From the NCBI RefSeq assembly GCF_004010195.1, contig NC_057738.1:14268076-14332075 (forward strand): DNA of 64,000 nucleotides. The letters are read 5' to 3'. The notes below the pieces were generated by a model, which ran no database searches, was not told where the DNA came from, and saw only the letters and a list, made by a program, of their open reading frames with translations. Every line of letters starts with the position of its first letter. Position 1 is the first letter of the stretch. This document shows positions 25,112 to 38,125 of the stretch, in pieces. The translations under genes were made by a program, and so were the position numbers. The DNA is from Chiloscyllium plagiosum. Taxonomy: Eukaryota.

Positions 25112-25395
25112 TGATCCTCTGAAGAGCATCCCATCTAGACAACCCCACCCCATAATCCTGCATTTACCCTGGCTAATCCATGTAGCCTGCACACCATTAT
25201 GAGGCAATTTTGCATGGCCTAACCTGCACGTTTTTGGACTGTGGGAGGAAACTGGAACACCTGATAGAAACCCACGCAGATACAGGGAGAATGTGCAAAC
25301 TCCAAACAGAAAGTCGCTCAAGGCTAGTATTGAACCCAGGAACCCCCTGGTGCTGTAAGGCAGCAGTGCTAACAACTGAGCTATTGTGCCACCCC
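25112..25395 (-). mobile_element. HE1-type SINE lacking its 3' tail
   Basis: Head at 25361-25395, body truncated at 25112. Confidence 0.9.
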
Positions 25396-28253
25396 ATGTC
25401 TAGTTAAGATCCACTCCAGCATGACCAACTCACAAACGCCCACCGGGAATGACGTAGTGTATCACTCAGCTCTATCAACGATTGCTGCAAAGAATAAAAT
25501 GAAGGATCAATACCTCCCTTTTGAAGGCAAATAGGGCTGAATAATAAAGATCAGTCAGGCCTGAGCATTTATATTCCAAGTATGAATTATTAAGAAGGTG
25601 CAGCATGTATAAAACAATGCATTATGGAGGCTCATTACCATCGAGAGTAACTATTTAGTTATATTTCAATATTGGGAGCTTACCCAATGAAATTATTTGT
25701 TGGACTCCCTGTCAAGTACCTGTGCTTGTTAAGAATGAAGGATGCTGTGCTTGGGAACAGAGCCCAGTTTTAGCTTCAAATAGCCACGAATCAGATACTG
25801 GCAGTAAAATGAAGAATAAAGATCCTGGTCCACTAAACACCAATAATGCACTTTAATCCCAACTTGAGAAGTTCACCAGGGTGACTTTTCCATTTCCCAC
25901 ACCAGCCATGACATGTGACCCCATTGAGCTGACAGCTAATTAGCACTGAATTATAGTGTGTTGTGGACCCAAGACTAATACGAACTACATTGTGACCACA
26001 GAACCACATTTCACACAGGACCCATGCAGTCATCAGCGAGAAAGTTGCAATCTCATTAGACCAACGTTTTCTAAGTGAGATACCGGTATTTAGAACTACT
26101 TCATTAACCAATTCCTCATTAAGTATTTTTTTTTATTTTTAATCATTGCTCAATTTTGAGACAGAGGTATATTTGTGATTACATTTTTTATTTAGTTTAA
26201 TTGACAGAGTAATTTTATTATTCTTGAGTCGAAACATTTTTTTATTTTTGCAAACTGTAATCTGTTACTTCTAAAACCATCAAAATATCATTGCCACTCA
26301 GAGTGAAATAACTCCCTCTCCAGTAGGTGCAATGTTTTTTAGGTAAAACAGCTGGCATTTTACAAACTTTGCAAGATGGTTGAAGGTGGGAGGCATAGTG
26401 GGTTGGGTGAGGGGAAGACTAGGTGTGAAAGACTTGACTGAAAACCAAAGGAAACATCTGTGACTCTCTCAACAGCTGCAACGTTCGAAATAATGTTTAT
26501 TTCTTCCAAAGTCTAATGGCCATTCTAATAGAGTCATCGCAGCTTCTCCATCAACAGTAATGGGAAACTCTGAGTCCTAACTTTCAGCATTGCCTGATGT
26601 CAGAACACTGTTGGAACATAATTGGAATACTGACTCTGATTTTAATTCCACGTCATTAAGTTCTGCTAAAATAAGAGCAGTAATATCCTTCAAACTTCCC
26701 CATAATCCTGTTCTGCATGTGACTCCAGGCCAATAGCAATGCTTTGTAATTGCCCTCTGAAATGGCCTAGCCAATAAGAAACTCACATGGATCAAACCAC
26801 CAAGAAGGTTAAAATGAATAAAACCTATGGCCACCTGTTATCATCGGAAATGCCAATGGCAAATCCAGTCCTATCAACCATGTAAAGTCCTCTTTGCTAT
26901 TCTCTGGAGGCTTATGCAAAAATTGGGAGAGCTGTACCATAGAACAGTCAAATGGTAGCTCAGTCATACTCACAGAATCTTGCCTGAGAGACAATGTCCC
27001 ACATAGCACCATCACTGTCCCATGGAAGGACAGATTCACAAGAGGTGGAGACACAGCAACAAACAGTCAAGAGAGAATTGCCCTGGGATAGCACAACGCT
27101 GGTCCTGTATCAAGTTAGGTATGGCAAAGAAACCTCCTGTTTGTTGCTACCTCCTCCCCACCTCCCCCTCAGTACTTCTCAATGTTAAAAAGCCAAAAGA
27201 AGTACCACTGAGAGTGGCAAGGGCACAGAATGAACTCTGAGCAGACAGAGGACTTCAAGGTCCATTATTATGAGTAGCCTGACGGCTAGAGATCAGAGGC
27301 TACAACCCGCAATACAAAGGCGGGTTTGATGTATTAATAAGGGAGATCATAGTGTATTGGAGGACATGGGATGTTGCAAGAGGGGACATGTTACCTGTGC
27401 CCACCACCACTGTGACCTGCACAGGGCACGTGTGCGCAATGACAGTGGGAATGCCTAAGCTGTAGGGGCAGGGCTTAGGAAGTAAGGATGAGGTGATGTG
27501 TGGGAAGATATAAGATATCGATACCAATTGGCTGTCCAGGAAGCATCAGAAACATGGAGGTTCAGGGAGGCTGTTTTATCACCAGGTTCTGCCTGACACT
27601 CACTGTGCCAAGAACAATCTGCATTGCCTTCCATTATCAATCAACTCCTAAATACAAGTACAAATGGAATGTGGCTGTAACCACACCCAGCAGGGTGACT
27701 TGTTTTTTATTCCAACATGAGCTCCACTTGTGAGCTGCAAGAGTCTCTTCAAAGGGCAATTGCATGAAATGGCATGTAACTGATATGCCAAGTGCATATA
27801 CATGTATAGGTAATGCCCATCACTATCTCCCCTTGATATTCAATGACATTACCATCACGGAATCACTCACTATCAAGATCCTTGAGGTAACCTTTGACCA
27901 TAAATTGAACTACACCGATCATATAAATACTGTGGCTACAAGAGAAGATCAGACTCTGGGAACACAGGGATACAAAAAAAGGGCTACCTGTTTAAGATGG
28001 AAAAGAAGAGGTTTTTTTTTCTCTGAGAGGGTCATGGGGCTTTTAGAATTGTCTTCCCAGAGCATGGTGAAATAGGATTTGAATATTTTTTAGATGGAGG
28101 TAGATAAATTCCTGATTACCAATGCGCTAAAGGGTATCAGGGAAAGGCAGGGAAGTGGAGTAGAGGCCACAATCAGATCAGCCCTGATCTTACAGGACAA
28201 GCTCAAATAAGCTGGTGTGTAAGTCACCTCCTGGCTCTTTCCTACTTAAAAAC

Positions 28254-28463
28254 TTAAAAATCACACAACACCAGGTTATAGTCCAACAGGTTTAATTGGA
28301 AGCACACTAGCTTTCGGAGCGACGCTCCTTCATCAGGTGATTGTAAGGAGCGTCGCTCCGAAAGCTAGTGTGCTTCCAATTAAACCTGTTGGACTATAAC
28401 CTGGTGTTGTGTGATGTTTAACTTTGTATACCCCAGTCCAACACCGGCATCTCCAAATCATGA
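28254..28463. mobile_element. 210-bp fold-back PLE family B mini-element with 12-bp TSD
   Basis: TSD ctacttaaaaac at 28242-28253 and 28464-28475. Arms 28254-28330 and 28345-28421 are inverted with one mismatch around a 14-nt loop. Confidence 0.92.
28305..28339 (-). ncRNA. Minimal hammerhead ribozyme motif (family B)
   Basis: Reverse strand cac CTGATGA A GGAGC gtc GCTCC GAA AGCT A gtg. Confidence 0.8.
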
Positions 28464-29409
28464 CTACTTAAAAACAACACTCAACACATGACACCATCCA
28501 CCATGCAGGCCACTTGAATGGAATTCTATCCAACATCTTCAAATGTTAATTCCTTTGACCATCAACACATATTGGCAACAGTGCGTATCATCTACAAGAT
28601 GCACTGCAATAATTTAGCAAGGATTCTTCGACATCACCTTCCAAACCCTAACCTCTATCACCCAGATGAGTAAATGTAGCAGATGTGTGGGAACACGATC
28701 ACCACCTGCAAGTTCACCTCCACTCCACATGCATTCCTGTGATGTTGCTCCTTCACTGTTGCTGGGTCAAAATCCAGGAAGTCCCTCCCTATGTGGGTGG
28801 ACCTACAGCATATTGACTGCTCAAGAAGGCAGATCACTGCCATCTTTGCAGTGGTAACTATGGATGGGCAATGAATGTTGGTCTCATCAACAATGCCACA
28901 TATTGTGAATGAATAAAACAAGGTCACATGAGGAAGAAAGCAATAGGAAGAAATTTAGATAGCATTAGATGAAGTTAGGTGGGAGGAAGTTTGTATGAAG
29001 CATAGAGATTAGTATGAACCTACTGGTCTTAATGGTTTGTTCCTCCACTGTAAATTCTATGTGTTTAATATAATCATAGTGAGGGTCTATACAATGGAAA
29101 TGAAATGGGAAGAGATGATTAACAGATAGCTGAATTGATAATGTCCTATTCTACCCTGGTACACAAAATGAAAATGATTCCACTCATGATTAGCCCTAAC
29201 AGAATGTTGTTAATTCACTTGGGTGATTGTGATCTCATCCTTTGATGCAACAAGCCAGATGGAGGTGTTTATGTTGATCTGTGGATGTGTGATATAATTG
29301 CTGCATGATAATGTGAAACTGAGCAGTAGCGTTTGTATATGTGAGAAAATCATTAAAACTGTCATCGGCACAAAAGTTGCTAAAAGGAAATGTCCCAAAG
29401 ATGCCAATT

Positions 29410-29580
29410 CTACTCCCACTGGTCATTATCACATTGCTGCTTCTGGCAAAGTAGTTGATGCATTTCTTAACATCCCTTCATTATAATGATGAGGACACTT
29501 CCATAATATTTGATTTGCTGTAAAGCACTTTGGAATGACATGAGGTCTCAGAAAGCACTGGACAAATGCAAACTCCTCTT
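29410..29580 (+). mobile_element. Deu-SINE (SacSINE1-like) 3' fragment
   Basis: ggtcattatcacattgctg...ttgctgtaaagcactttggaatgacatgaggt...aaatgcaa. Confidence 0.5.
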
Positions 29581-30704
29581 ATATTTATGATTCTATCTGT
29601 GTAGCTATGCCAAAGTTCAACGTCGTGTAAAGCCATATTTACAATCATTGCTCTGAATATTAGCTGCGCTCACTGTTGCTGTCAGTATAAATTTCCAAGC
29701 TAATTCACCAAACACCTAACTCATTACAGAATTAAATTTACAACCTAGCCCGAGGCGGAATGATAAATCTGGAGAGAATAGATTCAAAGATCTTTGATGT
29801 CACTGATCACATTGTCTTAAGCAGTGCTGAGAAAAGAGTTTATAATGCCTGTTACCAGGGCTATAGGGAAAATGGGACTACTTTGTTCATTCTTTCAAAC
29901 ATGGGCCAAATGACCTATTTTAGTGCTGGATGATTATATGGTGATATAGAATTCACATAAAATCACGTATGTCACCTAACAAAGAGCTGTATTGATCTAC
30001 AACTCAGAGTAGCTGTCTTATTTGTTGTCATGCCTAAGAATGGTTTCCGTATTGATTTCATTATTGAGCAGAAGTGTACCTTTGAAGAGTCCATTACTGT
30101 GATTCAATTAAGTAATTAAGGGAGTCAGTACAGTGTTTCATCATATGCCATCGTGATTCTATATCATCAATAACCTTGGTCATTGCACACATGGAATCAA
30201 GGCATAGACCAGGAATTGACATGTATAACCAGGAGTTCCATTACAGTGATGTGATGTTACAGTGACGGAGTGCGAACTACTCCAAGGAAGTTTCCACATA
30301 AATTGTGATCTCCGTTGAAGCAAGATGTGAGGATGAGAGATTTTATATGTGCAATTATTTTAGTCTTCATTTTATTGTCATGCATTTTGCTCTTGTTTCA
30401 GGATGACCATGTTAAATATATTCTGTTTTCCTGTGATCCTTCGCATTCTGAGAATCCATCCTGTGCCAATCATCTGGAATAATCATTTGTAACTTTTGTC
30501 AGATCTTAAAGTCAGGCCTAGTAGAAAAGGGTGAACAGTATTATGAGATTTATGTAAATTATGATTATGTAACTGATCACATGGTTTTGGCATCATTTAG
30601 AGATAAGACATCCATCTGGAAAGGGCATGTGAAGAATTACACTGACCGAGTTGTATTTGTTGACCTATCGTGTAAAGGCAACATAATGCCAGAGGACTGC
30701 TCTC

Positions 30705-30880
30705 ATAGCGTGAGAGGGACAGCTGGTGGTGAGGTCAACCTGAGGGGTAACCACACCTTGGGTGAGGTTGAGAAGGCAGGACCTTCATGGTGACATGAGC
30801 CAGTGTGGGAAATGAACTGATGCTCTTGATATCATTCTGCGTCACAGTCCAACCAAAACAGCTAACCGAACCCAACCTAT
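30705..30880 (-). mobile_element. tRNA-derived SINE, distinct from HE1
   Basis: Reverse-strand head ggttcggttagctg...cagttcatttccc, and body catgaaggtcctgccttctcaacctc...ccctcaggttgacctcaccaccagc. Confidence 0.5.
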
Positions 30881-32019
30881 GATACACAACTGTAAGTAAA
30901 GGAGTTCTACAATACATAAGGACTTGAAGAGCCTAACCTAAATGATAAGGAGCAAACAGCTCCAAGGGCTAAGTACGTGCAGACAACTAAGCCCATGTTC
31001 CAGACCTGTATCTGAACATGCATGGTGCAGTGTTGGCTTAGAGCACAGGATAAAGCATGGCAGCAACTCTCCCGAGACAGGCTCTAAAGTTTAAACAGAG
31101 ACCAAGGGACACGGCTGAAAAGGGAGGACTCTGACAACAGGGTAAGATCTTCAAAGACTTTGAAGTTGCAGCTGAGAAAAATGAAGGTCGATTCCAAAGG
31201 CAGGCCCAGACCTCTGATGAATACACAAAATAAAAACTGGAAAAGGCTCTGGAGGTGGGAAAAAGGACATCAGGCAATTTCAATTATTAGGGCCACAGAG
31301 CGGGAAGACAGAGTGGGAGAAAAAGACCCTAGAAGACTTTGAAGCCTAGCCACGAACCGGCAATTATATGGCAAGCGTGGGAACACTTTGATAGCAAGAA
31401 GGAAACAGCCAAATTCTACCTAGGTCGGTCAGGGATGGCAATTCAGGTGGAAACTTTGCCATTAACCGATCACAGGGAAAGCCGACAACAAGATCAGAAG
31501 TAGGATCTCTGGGAGCAGCTAACACTATGGAATTAACTCAAAGGAGCAGCACCATCAAGTCAGCACTTTTCTATATGTTATTGAACCTGTGACTGATGAA
31601 GCTCTTGTATGTAGGCACTGCGAAGTATGATGCTTTGATTAAAGCATCTTAGCCCCAAAATATATTGTGACATTATGGGCAAGATTTAATCAGCAGTATC
31701 CACCTTTGGGAGAATCAATAGTAGCCTTCTTAATGGTTTCACATCAGTGTGGGTTGTCATGGGTACAAGGCATAAATAATTAAAGACCACACAGTAGTCA
31801 GTGAGAGGGATGCACAGTTATCAGATTTTCTTCAATGCGAGGAGGATTTAACCCTATAATAATCAATCCCATCACTGCATAAGCAGAAATCAGGACCCAA
31901 TATTGGTTGATCAATACTACAAGAAAGCACCATGGATTCTTCTAATATGGTCGAAAGGGTCACTCCCAAGATGGTATTGTCACTGTCCTGTGAACCCACC
32001 AAAATAACAAAGGAGTTCA

Positions 32020-32145
32020 GTTGTGTAAGATGTGGCTTAGTATTAGGGGTGGGGGCGTGTTGGGTCTGGGTGGCATGCTCTTCAGGAGACTCAGTGTGTA
32101 CTTGATGAGCTGAATGGCCTGTTTCCACACTGTAGAGATTCTATG
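32020..32145 (+). mobile_element. HE1 SINE 3' fragment
   Basis: tgggtctgggtggcatgctcttcagg...aatggcctgtttccacactgtagagattctatg. Confidence 0.7.
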
Positions 32146-32800
32146 AAGCTAGCATGCAGGTGCAGCAAGTAATTAAGAAGGCTAATTGAACTTTGACCCT
32201 TCTTTGCATTGGGTCTTAAAAGAAAGGAAATCCTGTTGCAACCATACGGGTTGTTGGTGAGGCTGGACCTGGAGTACTCTGTCCCCATATTTAAGAAAGT
32301 ATGTACTGGCTTTGGAGACTGATCACTAAGCCGACTGCTGGGTGAAGGTATTGTCTTATCAAGTATGGCTAAACAGGTTAGGCCTTTATTCATGTGCATT
32401 CAAAAGAATATGGGGTGATCTTATTGAAAACAAAATTCTAAGGGGCCTTGATAGGGTAGATAATAAAACAATACTTTCACAAGTGGAGGAATCTCAAACG
32501 AGGGAACATAGTTACAGAATAAGGGGACACTCATTTAAAACTGAAGTGTCGGAGAATTTCTTCTATCAGAGGGTCCTACCTGTCTGAAATTTTCTACACC
32601 AGAGTGTTGTGGAGAGTAGATCCCTAAAAGTATTTAAAAATGAGTCAAATAGGTTTTGAAACGTTAATGAGTTAGAGTTATGAGGAATAGCATGAAAGAG
32701 AAGTTAGGACAGATTGGCTATGACCTTGTTGAATGGTGAGGCAGGCTTTGAAAGCCAAATAACTTACTCCTGTATCCAGTTTTTATGTTCTTATGCTCCA
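32146..32800 (+). mobile_element. CR1 LINE 3' part
   Basis: LSYQVWLNRLGLYS...GDLIE.KILRGLDRVD...TREHSYRIRG; tail ttatgttcttatg. Confidence 0.85.
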
Positions 32801-32884
32801 GAGGGAATATTTAAGTCTCGCAAAGTGCAGAGAAAGAACACAACTGCCAATGTGGTGCATTTTGAAAAATGTACAGGATTATAT

Positions 32885-33240
32885 AGGAACATAGGGCATA
32901 GGAATAGGAGTTAGGCCAATCAGCCATTCAATAAAAGTATGGCTGATCTGTGGCCTAACTCCATGTTTGCCTTGAACCTATATCCCATGATACCATTGCT
33001 TAATAAAAATGTGTCTATCTTAGATTTAAATTTAACAGTTGAATTAGCATCCACTGCTGTTTGACGAAGTGTTCCAAATCTCCACGACTTTATGCATGTA
33101 GATGTACTTCCTCACATCTCTCCTGAATGGCCTGGCCCTAGTTCTTAGACAATGTCGCCGGGTTCTAGAATCTTCAACCAATGGAAATAGGTTATCTTTA
33201 TCTACCCTGTCTTTCCCTGTTAACATCCTGAAGACCTCAA
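32885..33240 (-). mobile_element. CR1 LINE 3' end
   Basis: DRVDKDNLFPLVEDSRTRRHCLR...FRRDVRK...VVEIWN. Confidence 0.8.
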
Positions 33241-33462
33241 TTGTAATGCCAAATGTGTACCATAGACAGCCAAGTGTCTACAAAGCCAATTATTTCACCA
33301 AGATTCAGGCAAAGGCCATGGGAAAGACTTGCAATGTATTAGTTCAATTATAAGTATTTAGTCTTAGTTGACTATTGTTCAAAATGGATTGAAGTGGCAA
33401 CACAGGGAACCACAATGGTTTCAGTGGGCAGAGCACCGAGAAGGATCTTTACAAGACTACAC

Positions 33463-33590
33463 GGTTCTAAAGGATCACTGGGCCTGAAACTTTAACTTTG
33501 ATTTCTCTCCATAATGCTGTCCACTGAGTTTCCCCCAGTAATTTCTGCTTTTGTTTCTGATTTCCAGCATCCTCAGTTCTTCTGTTCTTT
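33463..33590 (+). mobile_element. PLE family D 3' terminus (decayed)
   Basis: gatcactgggcctgaaactttaac...aatttctgcttttgtttctgatttccagcatc. Confidence 0.65.
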
Positions 33591-33889
33591 TTATTTAGTA
33601 TTTAACTCATTGCCACATTTCTTCCAGGCATGCCCACATTGAAGAAGTTCTGCCCCCCTCCCAATCTTTTTTCCTTTTTCACCATCATTAATTTCACTGT
33701 CACTCTTGGTGTTTGACCAGGTATTTGCTAAAACTCATTTCCACAGTAACATCACAATCTTCACTGACTGCCACCAGCTCAAACTCACCCCATATGGATT
33801 CCAACTCAAGTTTCTTCCTTCATGACAATAGACAATAGACAATAGGTGCAGGAGTAGGCCATTCTGCCCTTCGAATGTTATGAATCCAC

Positions 33890-33995
33890 CCCAGTTCTGA
33901 AGAAGGGCCACTGGACCTGAAACATTATCTCTGATTTTTCTCTATAGATGCTGCCAGATTTGCTGAGTTTTTCCAGCAATTTCTGTTTTTGTTTC
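33890..33995 (+). mobile_element. PLE family D mini-insertion beginning at the hammerhead
   Basis: gtt CTGAAGA A GGGCC actg GACCT GAA ACAT T atc, followed by gatgctgccagatttgctgagtttttccagcaatttctg. Confidence 0.7.
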
Positions 33996-34254
33996 TTTGC
34001 AATATATGATTTCCAGAAAGAATTATTATCAGACAGTGGGCCTCGAACTTTAACAGTAATTCCAGAAAGTTCATGTGATCATTTTTCCATTGTATCTATT
34101 CTTGAAAGGAGAGGCAGAAAGAGCATAAGAATTTAGACTAAGAATTAGCTCTACTCAGTTACAGCCAACACCATTGAATATTGAATATTGGCTTGAACTT
34201 GTGAATGGAGAGGAGGTTAAAAAAAGACATATTAGTTTTAATTCATGACCACCA

Positions 34255-34500
34255 GCCGAACATAAAAGGTGGAACAACAAGAGAAAAGCTGCAGGAAAAA
34301 GCAGCAGAAGTAACACAACTTTAGACATAGAGAGCAAACTCTATTAACCTTGCGCCAGGTTGGAAAGTCTGGTTGAGGGACAGAAAATCGGAAACCATGT
34401 TTATCAAAGAGACAGATCAACCAAGATCTTATATTGTTAGAATGCCTGAAGAGGCATTCAGCAGGAACAGGAAAGCATTGATCTTTGTTGAGTCAAGACG
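34255..34500 (+). mobile_element. Gypsy pol C-terminal (post-integrase) remnant
   Basis: KVWLRD...QPRSYIVRMPEEAFSRNRKAL (cf. PRSYxVxTxxGxxRRNRxxL). Purine tract aagagggg near 34675. Confidence 0.6.
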
Positions 34501-34919
34501 TGAGATCAAGTATGACAACCACAGGATGTGGAACAGTTATATCTATACAATACCAGACAGTGTACAGAGTGGTACAACTATTCAAGACACAGTACAATAC
34601 CATTTTCCTAGTGTTGAGCTCAAGTAAACAAGATTGGAATGCCAAATTATAGTTGTAGTTCATCTCAATTTTTAAGAGGGGACTGGAGGTAGTGATAATG
34701 ACGATAATATTGATAAAGTTAATAATGATGTGGATGGTGTTTCTGGTGTGGTAGTAATAAAAGGAGTCTTATGGGTAAGTAGGATGAAGGTACTGATTAA
34801 ACATGGAATATGATAGCACTGCTATCACAGAGACATGGTTGAAGAAAGAACAGGACTGGCAGCTTAATATTCTGAGGAAAGAGTCCTCAGGTGAGGTAGA
34901 GAGGCATATAAAGAGGGAA

Positions 34920-35135
34920 GTGTCATAGTACAGAAGAGGTCCTTTGGTCCATTGAGTCTGTGCTGACAAGAATATACTACTATCTACAGTAGTCCCACTT
35001 TCCTGCACTAGGCTCAGAGCCTTGAATTTTATGACATTTCAAGTGCTCATCCAAGTACTTCTTAAATGCTTTGAGGTTTCCAGCCTCAGTTACTCCAGAT
35101 AGTGCATTCCAGATCCCCACTATCCTCTGGGTGAA
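34920..35135 (-). mobile_element. CR1 3' end nested in CR1
   Basis: FTQRIVGIWNAL...FKKYLDEHLKC. Same family as 10355-11310. Confidence 0.75.
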
Positions 35136-35549
35136 AATTAATCCTAAGGATGGTGTTGCCATATTAGTCAAGGAGTCAATTACTCCATCAATTGAGGGAT
35201 AATATCTTCATTTGAGATCATATGAGTCAAACCTAAAAACAAAAAAGAGGCAGTCACATTGTTGGGAGTGTACTATAGACTCCCAAACAGCCAGAGCCAG
35301 ATCGAAATATAGATACATCCACAAATTTCAGAGAAGAGTAAAAGTAATGGGTAATAATAATAAAGGATTTCAACTTTCCCAATATTAACTGGGATGGACA
35401 AAGTGTGAAAGGCTTAAGGGAGTGGAATTCTTAAAATGTATTCAAGTGAGTTTTAAGTCAGCCTGTAGAAAGCTCCACAAGAGAGAGGCAATGCTGCATT
35501 TGACTTTAGGGAATAAAACCAGTCAAGATGTGTCAGTGGAAGAGAATAG

Positions 35550-35880
35550 CGTCACAGAATCCGTACAGTGTGAGGTAGGATATTCAGCCCATCACTGACC
35601 CTCCGGTTGAAACATCCCACTCAGACCCACCCCATCCCCACAACCCTGCATCTCCCATGGCTAATCTACCTAACCTCCACAATCCTGGACACTCGGGACA
35701 ATTTAGTACGGCCAATCCACATAATCTGCACATCTCTGGAGGAAACAGAAGCACCCATGAGACCCAGGAAACCCATGCGGACACAGGGAGAATGTGCAAA
35801 CTCCACACAGACAGTCACCCAAGGGTGGAATCAAACCTGGGTCCCTGGCGCTGTGAAAACACTGAGTCACCATGCTGCCA
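35550..35880 (-). mobile_element. HE1-type SINE nested in CR1
   Basis: Reverse-strand body tgtgtggagtttgcacattctccctgtgt and head. Confidence 0.85.
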
Positions 35881-36890
35881 CTATCATAGTCGTGACCAGA
35901 ACTCAGTAACATTTAAGGATAGCCATGGAAAAGCCCAAAAATAGACCAGAAATAAAGATTTTGAATTGGGGGAACGCTGATTTTAACATGATAAGACAGG
36001 ATTAGGCCAAAGCAGACTGGTAACAGTGGGATCAAACATTTTAGAAAATGCTGAATGCTGAGGAACGTTTAGAATTGGATAAGGTTAAAAAAAAGGAAGT
36101 TTATGGTGGATATCCAGGGCTCAGAATCATAATGCCCTACACGTAAATATAAAGTGCAAAGGGTTAACTTAAAAAAGAAATTTGAAAATTGAACAGAAGG
36201 CATAATAAAAATAAAGGAAAAATGAAAGTGTTTTGTCAGTATATTAGGGCCATGAGGATAACTGGGGAGAGAATGGGGCCTATTAGGGACTTAACTAACA
36301 AGATGTGAGTGAAGTTTTAAATGAGCATTTAACTTCCATATTCGTGCTGGAGAGAAACAGTGTAGGGATAGGAATCAGGAAGGAATACTTGAACAAATTA
36401 CAATTGTAAGGAGGAAAGTATTAATTGTTTCAGCAGGCTTAAAATTACACGTCCCCAGGCAGGAAATAAACCCAAGCTTCCTGTGAGAGGCATTCATATT
36501 CTGTCTGGACACAGGAGAATAGCTAACGTGGCACCGATATTCAAGAAGATAGTAGGAATAAACCAGGAAACTAAAAGTCAGTGAGTCTAACAACACTGGC
36601 AGAGAAACTGTTAGAAAAATCTCTGAAGGACAGAAATAATATCCACAATGAGAGGATTAATCAAGGATGATCAGCATGGCTTTGTCAAGAGGAGATCATG
36701 TCTGACAGATTTGATTGATTTTTTTTGAGGGGGTGACTAGCTGTGTGGATAAGGGTAATGCAATTGATGTTGTCTGCATGGACTTCAATAAGGTTTTTGA
36801 CATAGCCACATGGGAGACCAGTCAAACTAGAAAGAGCTCATGGGATCCAGGGTAATTTCGTTAGTTGGATCTAAAATTGGCTAAGTGGCT

Positions 36891-37495
36891 TGAGTAAAAA
36901 CAATGACTGCAGATGCTGGAAACCAGAGTCTAGATCAGAGTGGTGCTGGAAAAGCACAGTAGTTAGGCAGCATCCGAGGAACAGTAAAATCAACATTTCG
37001 GGCAAAAGCCCTTCATCAGGAATACAGGCAGAGAGCCTGAAGGGTGGAGAGATAAGTGAGAGGAGGGTGGGGGTGGGGAGAAAGTTGAAGTGTTCCAAGG
37101 CGGAAGATGAGGCGTTCTTCCTTCAGGCGTCTGGTGGTGAGGGAGCAGTGGTAAAGGAGGCCCAGGACTTCCATGTCCTCGGCAGAGTAGGAGGGGGAGT
37201 GTGGTTGATTGGTGCGGGTGTCCCAGAGATGTTCCCTAAAGCACTCTGATAGGAGGCATCCAGTCTCCCCAATGTAGAGGAGACCACATCGGGAGCAACG
37301 GATACAATAAATGATATTGGCGGATGTGCAGGTAAAACTTTGATGGATGTAGAAGGCTCCTTTAGAACCTTGGATGGAGGTGAGGGAGGAGGTGTGGGCG
37401 CAGGTTTTGCAATTCCTGCGGTGGCAGGGGAAGGTGCCACAATGGGAGGGTGGGTTGTAGGGGTCGTGGACCTGACCAGGTAGTCACGGAAGAGG
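36891..37495 (-). mobile_element. PLE family A, internally deleted, nested in CR1
   Basis: Terminus, hammerhead at 36990-37023 (reverse strand ctgatgaagggcttttgcccgaaatgtt), and GIY-YIG region (FTCTSANIIYCIRCSRCGLLYIGET). Confidence 0.85.
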
Positions 37496-38028
37496 GAGTT
37501 AGCTGCATGCTGTTTCTGTGACTGGAAGTCTGTATTCAGTGGCACACCACAGGATCCAGTACACTAATGATCTAGAACATAGCTAGAGTACTGTGTGCAG
37601 TCTGCTCACCACACCATTGGCAGGATGTAATTGCACTAGAGAGGGTGCAGAGGAGACTGACCAGGATGTTCCCTGAGCTGGAGTGTTTCAGCTATGAAGA
37701 GAGACTAGATCAGCTGGGATTATTTTCCTAAGAGCAAATAAGGCTTGAGGGGTGACCTGATTGAGGTGTAAAAAATTATGAGGGACATAGATAGGGAGAC
37801 ACATTTTACCTTTTGTCGATGGATCAGTGATCAGAGGCATAGATTTGGTAAAGACCAGGAGGTTTATAGAGGATTTAAGGAAAATTTTTTCATCCGGAGG
37901 GTGGCAGGTATTCAGAACGTATCACCTACAAGGGTAGAACGAATGGGAACCATCACAACAGTTAAATAGTGTTTAGTTGATCACTTGAAGTGCCATGGTA
38001 ACTAAGGCTATGGATCCATGAAAAGTGG

Positions 38029-38125
38029 TTCTGGATTAGTGGTGCTGGAAGAGCACAGCAGTTCAGGCAGCATCCAAGGAGCTTCAAAATCAACGTTTCG
38101 GGCAAAAGCCCTTCATCAGGAATCC
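38029..38125 (-). mobile_element. 97-bp PLE family A mini-insertion with 14-bp TSD
   Basis: TSD tccatgaaaagtgg at 38015-38028 and 38126-38139. Confidence 0.9.
38090..38123 (-). ncRNA. Minimal hammerhead ribozyme motif (family A)
   Basis: Reverse strand attc CTGATGA A GGGC tttt GCCC GAA ACGT T ga, with intact core. Confidence 0.75.

Larger units (their letters stand above)
26690..28920 (+). mobile_element. Fragmented old LINE (CR1/L2 group) with later insertions
   Basis: Remnants VILTESCLRDNVP..., PLIFNDITITES.TIKIL.VTFDHKLN..HINTVATR, and 3' end gatgggcaatgaatgttgg...tgaatgaataaaa. A CR1 piece (~27960-28210) and a PLE palindrome are nested inside. Confidence 0.55.

Noticed and set aside
28254-28463. 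MITE or pre-miRNA interpretation of the palindromes
   Set aside because: The arms match termini of GIY-YIG/RT-encoding PLE copies in the same window, the arm lengths are asymmetric, and TSD length varies from 10 to 15 bp, unlike cut-and-paste transposons.
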